Positions 58,681 through 64,000 of a DNA stretch of 64,000 nt are shown here, piece after piece. The first letter of the stretch is position 1, and the number at the start of each line of letters is the position of its first letter. Below the pieces are notes generated by a model. The model did no database searches, had not been told where the DNA came from, and worked only from the letters and a program-made list of their open reading frames with translations. Position numbers and translations under genes: made by a program. This DNA comes from Bacteroidota bacterium (lineage in GTDB: Bacteria; Bacteroidota; Bacteroidia; Bacteroidales; JAAYUG01), in contig JAKPTE010000010.1 in the NCBI GenBank assembly GCA_029571215.1, positions 28,431 to 92,430 on the forward strand. The letters run 5' to 3'.

Positions 58681-59303
58681 TCAGTGTGATAGTTTTTGCA
58701 ATATTTAATGTGCGAAGTTAAAAAAATCTGCCATGTTATGATGTATATAGTATGATATTTTATGCTGCAGGGTATGAAACAACTCCGGATATAATCGCTA
58801 CGGGAAGTAACTGCAAACAGGTAAAGAAGATGGTTTATTGTTTCTGAAAGTTATTTGAGTTTTTTCCTGTTGCAGGGTCCTGGGGGCAGGGCTCAGGAAA
58901 AATATTTGTATCTGCTCTTAGCCAGTCGAAGGGTTGAGGGTGTGGTTATCTGAGCAGAGAGCAAAACAGGGTTTCATTCCGAACACTTCGTTGTTTTTTT
59001 GTCAGCCACATAAAAAGGTCTCCAACTTGAACCCTACGAACCGTATGCGCTTCCATGTGTGTGGGAATAAAAAAACAATTACCATGTTCCAATGTGAGAA
59101 TTGCAGTGTTTATGGTTGCGTCAAAGGTCCCGATGTTAGGTTTCCGGATCATTGGAAAACTGAAATAGATAGACAGCAGAAGTGAAGCGAACCATTGCAA
59201 TGGGGAAAAGCTTGTGGGTGGGTATCCGGGTTGAAATCTATCCGGGAGGGCAGTATTTTATTTCACAAATAACTACCTTTAGCTGGAAGAAAAGAGAAAA
59301 TTC

Positions 59304-59543
59304 ATGGAAAAAGAAGCGCGTCCGGTAGAGGTTTTTGCAGGAACCTCAGCTCAGGCAACCATTGTGAAAAGCATTCTGGAGAGTGCAGGCATTTACTGTT
59401 TCCTGAAAGATGATATTATGGGTACCCTCTTCCCGTGGTACACTTCTCCCGGAGGTGCCGGCGCCGTAAAAGTCTTCGTATCCGATGCTGACTTCGAGGA
59501 AGCAAGGACAATTGTGGCGGAATACCAGAAGAACATTCAGTAA
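59304..59543 (+). CDS. DUF2007-like small protein (putative signal-transducing fold)
   Basis: 79 aa. The pattern VEVFAGTSAQATIVKSILESAGI...VFVSDADFEEARTIV fits the DUF2007 family. Confidence 0.65.
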   Translation: MEKEARPVEVFAGTSAQATIVKSILESAGIYCFLKDDIMGTLFPWYTSPGGAGAVKVFVSDADFEEARTIVAEYQKNIQ

Positions 59544-59642
59544 TCTATACCAATCGGATAATTGATCCCCACGTGAACATCAGGAAATGTTACTGATTGG
59601 CAGGACAATGCTCTCAAGATTGTTCATCAGGTCAAACAGAAA

Positions 59643-60818
59643 TTATTTGCCTACAATATTTTTCATCGGTATTCTCAGGAACCTTGCCCGGTAATTTTCG
59701 GCATTTCTGTAAACATCTCTTACATGGAATGAGTTGACACAGTATGAAACCAGCAGTTTGTCGTTTCTGATGTATTGAGGGTGTGCCAGCGCATTGTAAA
59801 CAAAAATTCTTCCGGTACTATCCTGTTCGGGTTCGGGAGGACAGTACTGAAATTTTTTATTGGTAAACACTCCCGTTGGAGAATCGGCTATGTAGTTATA
59901 AATGTCACTGCCGGCACGTTCCATGGTCAACAGAACGTATTTATTGCGGTATTTGAAAATGCTGAATTGTTCCGACACGGAGATATCGGTTTCGATCGGG
60001 GCCGAGGTTGCAATGCTTGTATCCCAGCCCGAACCGTTGAAGAATTCCCAATCCTTGTAAAGCACCTTACTGTTGAGAGGAATCCTTGCAACATGAATTT
60101 TTGAAAAATGCGGTTCATTTTTTGTACCGTAAATGTATACGTATCCGTTGTCAACCATTACACAGTTGCCAAAATCAATCGGGTATTTGCTGTAATCATA
60201 TTCTACTCTGTTAGTGGCAAGATGGATAAAGTCAGGAAGTTTATAAGCCAGCAGATCGATTCCTGCAATTCTGAATGCAAACATTTCCTCCGCCATTTTA
60301 TCCATTTCATCTTTTTCTTCTTCTTCCTTATCTGATTTGTTAATTGCTGCCGGGTCGTTGTAAAGGTTCAGTGCAAACACATACAGCGTGTCTCCTTTTG
60401 TAAATCCATGACCGGGCCAGTACCAGCGATATACTGAGTCGTGTTCAGAGCGGGGAGGTGTCATAAGTGTCTGAGGGTTTTTAATTGTGCCTCCGATAAT
60501 GGCTTGTGCCTTTGTCATTTTTCTGTCGATGAAGTTAAAAGCATTTCTCAACATGGGGGTTTTTGGATCAATCCCTCCGTTCACCAGTTTCCCTACGAAA
60601 CAATCTCCAACAAAAAAAACAGATGATCCATCCGGCAAAGGGACGGAGAAAATGCCATCGGCACATAATATCCCTCCCGAATCGGCATAAAATAAAGAAG
60701 AGAATTCTGTATCAGTTTGTACAGTCTCTTCACCCTGGTTACAGGAAGCAAATAGAGTGATGGTAAGTATGATGAAAAGTTTTGCGGATATGTTTAGGAA
60801 AAAAACAACTTTTTGCAT
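59643..60818 (-). CDS. Secreted lipoprotein, uncharacterised glycosidase-like family (DUF4185/DUF5005-like), paralog 1
   Basis: Has a lipobox (LFASC). Shares ADGIFS.PL, YWWPG.GF / YFWLGDGF, G.VYIYG, W.F.NGS.W, LLVSY and Y.ARF blocks with 60881-62098 and 63030-64000. The family name is my recollection and has not been checked. Confidence 0.65.
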   Translation of the reverse strand: MQKVVFFLNISAKLFIILTITLFASCNQGEETVQTDTEFSSLFYADSGGILCADGIFSVPLPDGSSVFFVGDCFVGKLVNGGIDPKTPMLRNAFNFIDRKMTKAQAIIGGTIKNPQTLMTPPRSEHDSVYRWYWPGHGFTKGDTLYVFALNLYNDPAAINKSDKEEEEKDEMDKMAEEMFAFRIAGIDLLAYKLPDFIHLATNRVEYDYSKYPIDFGNCVMVDNGYVYIYGTKNEPHFSKIHVARIPLNSKVLYKDWEFFNGSGWDTSIATSAPIETDISVSEQFSIFKYRNKYVLLTMERAGSDIYNYIADSPTGVFTNKKFQYCPPEPEQDSTGRIFVYNALAHPQYIRNDKLLVSYCVNSFHVRDVYRNAENYRARFLRIPMKNIVGK

Positions 60819-60880
60819 AAAAGAATTTAATTAAGTAAGACAAACAGATAGAAAGACAAAGAAGTAAGAGTTTGGCAAAA

Positions 60881-62098
60881 TTATTTAACCAACTGGTAAT
60901 TAACTTTAATGAATCTGGGATGATAAATAGTCGCGTCCTTTTGGATATCTTCCCAGAAATTCAGTGTAATTGTATTATAGCTCACAAGAAGTTCTCCTGG
61001 TTTGGAGAGATGATAGTGAGCCTTTGCATTATAGGGCAGAAGGCCTTTTTCCTTGTATTCAGGGCAGGTATATACTTCCGTTGTTTCTCCGAATGGACCC
61101 ACAGGACTTTTCCCAACAGAGATTCCGATTTTATCTGAAATTCCGAGCAAAGTGTAGGTAAGGAAATATCTCCCATCCTCTGTTGGTGTCACGCTGAGTT
61201 CGTTTGAAACGCCATCAGTTATTGGGGCAACGGAATCAATATCCTTCACCCAGTCAGATCCGTTCCAGAATGTCCAGTTATTAAGAACCTCAAATTCTTT
61301 CGGTTTTACCCTTGCTGCCAGAAGGGATTTTTTCCCTTCAGCTATGCCGTAAATGTATACGAATCCATCGGGGCAGGGAGCTTTTGCTTTTTCTGTATTC
61401 ACCAGGATTCCGCTTCCGAAATATATTCTTCCCAGAATGGGGTGTACAAACCCAAGATGGGTTGGTATCTGCTGATAATCTTTTATGCCATCGGGGGTGG
61501 GATTTTTGATTCTCAGAATAGTAACATTGGTGGCTTCAAAATCAAAGACTCCCGGTCCGGTTTTATGCACATGGTAAGCAAACAGATATAGTGTATTGTT
61601 TTTGTCCTGATTGATAAATCCGTCTCCCAGCCAAAAATATTCCTCCGGTTTACTGTTATTGTTAACCGGAATAAAATACGAAACAGGCTTACCGGAGCGA
61701 TCCTTATTGTATGAAAATACAATATGGGATGTGTCAGGAATTAACCCTTTCATCCAGGCCACCGAATTGTTTACCATAACATTTCCAGGCAGGGGCACGC
61801 CGTTAACAACTTCCCCAATATAAGTGTCGCTGAAAATAAACAGGGTTTTCTTGTCAGGAATCTCCTGTTCTTCACTGCCGTCGAGGGGAATGGAAAAAAT
61901 ACCATCGGCTCCGAACCAGCCGGAAGTTCGTTCCATCAGGGCTGTCCAGTCGGGTGCCGGTTCTGCATGGAACTGAAATGGAACATCACCTGGTTCCGAG
62001 CAGGGTCTTTTTGTAACAGGTTTTTGCCGGCAGCTGCCTGCAGCGAGACTGCATGCCAGAAATATCCAGACCGTTACCTTACAATTCCAGACTTTCAT
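60881..62098 (-). CDS. Secreted lipoprotein, same uncharacterised glycosidase-like family, paralog 2
   Basis: Has a lipobox (AAGSC). It is collinear with paralog 1 over the full length, sharing the blocks listed for paralog 1. Confidence 0.65.
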   Translation of the reverse strand: MKVWNCKVTVWIFLACSLAAGSCRQKPVTKRPCSEPGDVPFQFHAEPAPDWTALMERTSGWFGADGIFSIPLDGSEEQEIPDKKTLFIFSDTYIGEVVNGVPLPGNVMVNNSVAWMKGLIPDTSHIVFSYNKDRSGKPVSYFIPVNNNSKPEEYFWLGDGFINQDKNNTLYLFAYHVHKTGPGVFDFEATNVTILRIKNPTPDGIKDYQQIPTHLGFVHPILGRIYFGSGILVNTEKAKAPCPDGFVYIYGIAEGKKSLLAARVKPKEFEVLNNWTFWNGSDWVKDIDSVAPITDGVSNELSVTPTEDGRYFLTYTLLGISDKIGISVGKSPVGPFGETTEVYTCPEYKEKGLLPYNAKAHYHLSKPGELLVSYNTITLNFWEDIQKDATIYHPRFIKVNYQLVK

Positions 62099-62251
62099 TT
62101 TTGATGCTATTATGCTAACTAGTTGTATTCGTTTTCAGAAAGTTTAATGTACATGTAATGATGCAATATTTCCATTTTCTTATATAGGAAATTTCATATG
62201 AAATATCGAAAACAAAACCTGGCGGCATCGATGGGCAGGCGTTGGCATCAA

Positions 62252-63013
62252 TCATTCCCTGACGTATCGGGCAATAATATCTTTCCAGAGCAAATATCCT
62301 TTTCCGTTCAGGTGCAGTCCATCCAGGCTGTATTCCCTGTTCAATTTGTTGTTTTCTGTTTTAAAAGGATTGAAAAGATCGATATAAGGCAGAGAATATT
62401 CCCGGGCTATTTTTTGCAGACCTTCATTTATCAGGATGATATCGGTATTTTTCCGGTTGATTTGGACAGCATCATCCGTTGGAAGAACACTCTGGATATA
62501 GATTTTGGTCCGGGGTGATTCCTGTCGTATTTGCGTAATAATTTTCCGGTAGTTTGCAACAATGTAATCTACCGTTTTACCATAGGCGAGATCGTTGGTT
62601 CCAATCATCAGAAAAATTTTGGATGGCTGGCCGGATGTGATGTCGTTCAGCCGCTCAAGAATTCCGTCGGTATCATCCCCGCCGATTCCTCTGTTTTTTA
62701 TATGGGGATTGCCAAAAAGTTCAGCCCATTCACAATTGTCGGTAATGCTGTTCCCCAGAAAAATTATGTCTTTCTTCGATTTGGGCAGGGTTTCAAAATG
62801 TTCTTTTTTGTGGTAGTAATAAGCTTTCAGGGCTTTATTCCATTCTTCCATGTCTTTGGCAAACTTTTCCTCGGCGCTCAGCTGAGTGGTGTCGCCTGCC
62901 TGAGTTGCAACAAACGCGGGGGTAATCAGAAAAGATACTTTTTCAGCATTTCCATGATATGGAACCATCATTAACATGAATGCAATAGTGGCGACAAAGA
63001 CTGTTTTTTTCAT
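62252..63013 (-). CDS. Secreted SGNH/GDSL-family hydrolase (carbohydrate esterase-like)
   Basis: Has a signal peptide. Block I is FLGNSIT, block III is IGTNDL and block V is DGLHLN. Confidence 0.85.
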   Translation of the reverse strand: MKKTVFVATIAFMLMMVPYHGNAEKVSFLITPAFVATQAGDTTQLSAEEKFAKDMEEWNKALKAYYYHKKEHFETLPKSKKDIIFLGNSITDNCEWAELFGNPHIKNRGIGGDDTDGILERLNDITSGQPSKIFLMIGTNDLAYGKTVDYIVANYRKIITQIRQESPRTKIYIQSVLPTDDAVQINRKNTDIILINEGLQKIAREYSLPYIDLFNPFKTENNKLNREYSLDGLHLNGKGYLLWKDIIARYVRE

Positions 63014-63029
63014 GGTGTTGGGTTTTACA

Positions 63030-64000
63030 TCAATACGGTATAATTTTTTTTGTTATGGATCCCCATTCTCCTTCGAGCCGGACAATAAGAACGCGGGAAG
63101 ATTTCATGTCAACCGGAACAGAACTGTCTCCTGAGATTTGCACCTGCATGAGTTTTCGTCCGTCAGAGGTGAAAACAGACAAAACGGAGAGGGAAGGAAC
63201 ATTCGTTATATGAAGCGAGTGTGTGAAAGAGGAATATGAAATTTTTATCTGTTCCGTCAAGTGAACATTTTTCGAAGAGTTTGGGTAAACATCATGCAGG
63301 GATAATGTATCCGGAATAGTTGCAGAGGCTGCATTTTCAACATCAAGCCAATAAAAGCGGGCACGGTAGTTGCGGGTGTCGCTGTAAATGGAAAAGAAAT
63401 CAGAAGTGTTTACATTAAAGGATATCAGAATTTTTCCGTCATTGTTGAACTGGGGATGGGCGAAGAGATTATATGTAATCAGGTTGGGATAGGGTTTAAT
63501 TATCGCAAACAGGGTTTCTTTACCGCCTGAAGAGGCTCTGTTCCATGGGCCGGTAATTTTATCAGCTTCGAGAATGTAAAGTTTCCCTACCAGCCATATT
63601 TCATGCATGATCAGATAGAACTTACCATTTTTCTCAAATACGTAAAAGGATTCGCTCATGGGCCGGTCTCCCAGAGGCCGGGCATTCCGACAGTCTCCTG
63701 TCCATGTGTCGGAACCGGCATAAAATTCCCATGGTTCATCCACACTTTGTTTCACTCTTGCCAGATAGAGCAAAGGCCAGGTCATATTGCCCGACGTAGT
63801 GTCTTTCACGCCAAATATGTAAGTAAATTCCCCGCTTCTAACAATACAGGCCCCAAAACGCATGGCCGTATCAGTAAGGGAAGGTATATTCCTGGTGGTA
63901 ATGTATTCAAGTCCGGGATATTTGTAATAGGCTATGAATGATGTGCCTACTTTAAAATTAAAACCCGGATTATTATTGTTGTAATAGGTGACTCTGACGG
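63030..64000 (-). CDS. Paralog 3 of the glycosidase-like family with a T9SS C-terminal sorting domain (5'-truncated by the window edge)
   Basis: The frame stays open upstream of the track Met at 63863 to the window end. The C-terminal half aligns with paralogs 1 and 2 (ILISFNVN, NYRARFYWLDV). The last ~85 aa (VYPNSS...VFTSDGRKL...KKIIPY) look like a type-A Por/T9SS CTD. Confidence 0.7.
   Translation of the reverse strand, partial: VRVTYYNNNNPGFNFKVGTSFIAYYKYPGLEYITTRNIPSLTDTAMRFGACIVRSGEFTYIFGVKDTTSGNMTWPLLYLARVKQSVDEPWEFYAGSDTWTGDCRNARPLGDRPMSESFYVFEKNGKFYLIMHEIWLVGKLYILEADKITGPWNRASSGGKETLFAIIKPYPNLITYNLFAHPQFNNDGKILISFNVNTSDFFSIYSDTRNYRARFYWLDVENAASATIPDTLSLHDVYPNSSKNVHLTEQIKISYSSFTHSLHITNVPSLSVLSVFTSDGRKLMQVQISGDSSVPVDMKSSRVLIVRLEGEWGSITKKIIPY

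Noticed and set aside
58946-59200. 84-aa minus-strand ORF with a cupin-like GNCFFIPTHMEAH patch
   Set aside because: Only one loose motif match is present. The first cupin motif and the normal spacing are absent, and an equally long ORF lies on the opposite strand. I kept it only as part of the unexplained-spacer finding.
1-64000. Scan for CRISPR arrays, IS elements, integrases, phage genes, toxin-antitoxin or known defence genes
   Set aside because: I saw no regularly spaced short repeats and no transposase-, recombinase- or phage-like ORFs. No islands of short hypothetical genes appear beyond those listed in the findings.

Overview
This 64-kb window looks like a chromosomal segment of a Bacteroidota genome. 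Support comes from TAnnTTTG-type -7 promoter boxes, a T9SS C-terminal sorting domain, a DUF5686/CarboxypepD_reg protein, a GH92 enzyme, and a purH-mreBCD-mrdA-rodA gene order. It is densely packed, with about 57 protein genes and one tRNA-Leu, and is almost entirely housekeeping. Main blocks are a complete trpEGDCFBA operon, tRNA-Leu-tig-clpP-clpX, lptB, tatC, recQ, rplU-rpmA-serS, ruvC, greA, ahcY-ribF, rsmA, purH plus the rod-shape cluster, pgi and serA. I found no rRNA, CRISPR array, transposase, integrase, phage gene or recognisable defence gene, so I cannot honestly name a clear new multi-gene system. The observations most worth a second look are listed here. (1) A 17-codon leader ORF with four consecutive Trp codons plus a 10-bp terminator sits upstream of trpE; this class of attenuator is known. 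(2) A perfect 13-bp direct repeat with 21-bp spacing lies next to a membrane-anchored LytTR protein. (3) A diverged, roughly 70-nt palindrome-rich repeat occurs three times, each time in an intergenic spacer. (4) At the right edge is a secreted cluster of three paralogous ~400-aa DUF-type glycosidase-like proteins plus an SGNH esterase; one paralog carries a T9SS sorting domain. (5) A processive-type (QxxRW) membrane GT2 is tightly packed with an orphan OppC-like permease and a soluble multi-PAS hybrid kinase. All family assignments come from motif recognition by eye, and no database search was run.
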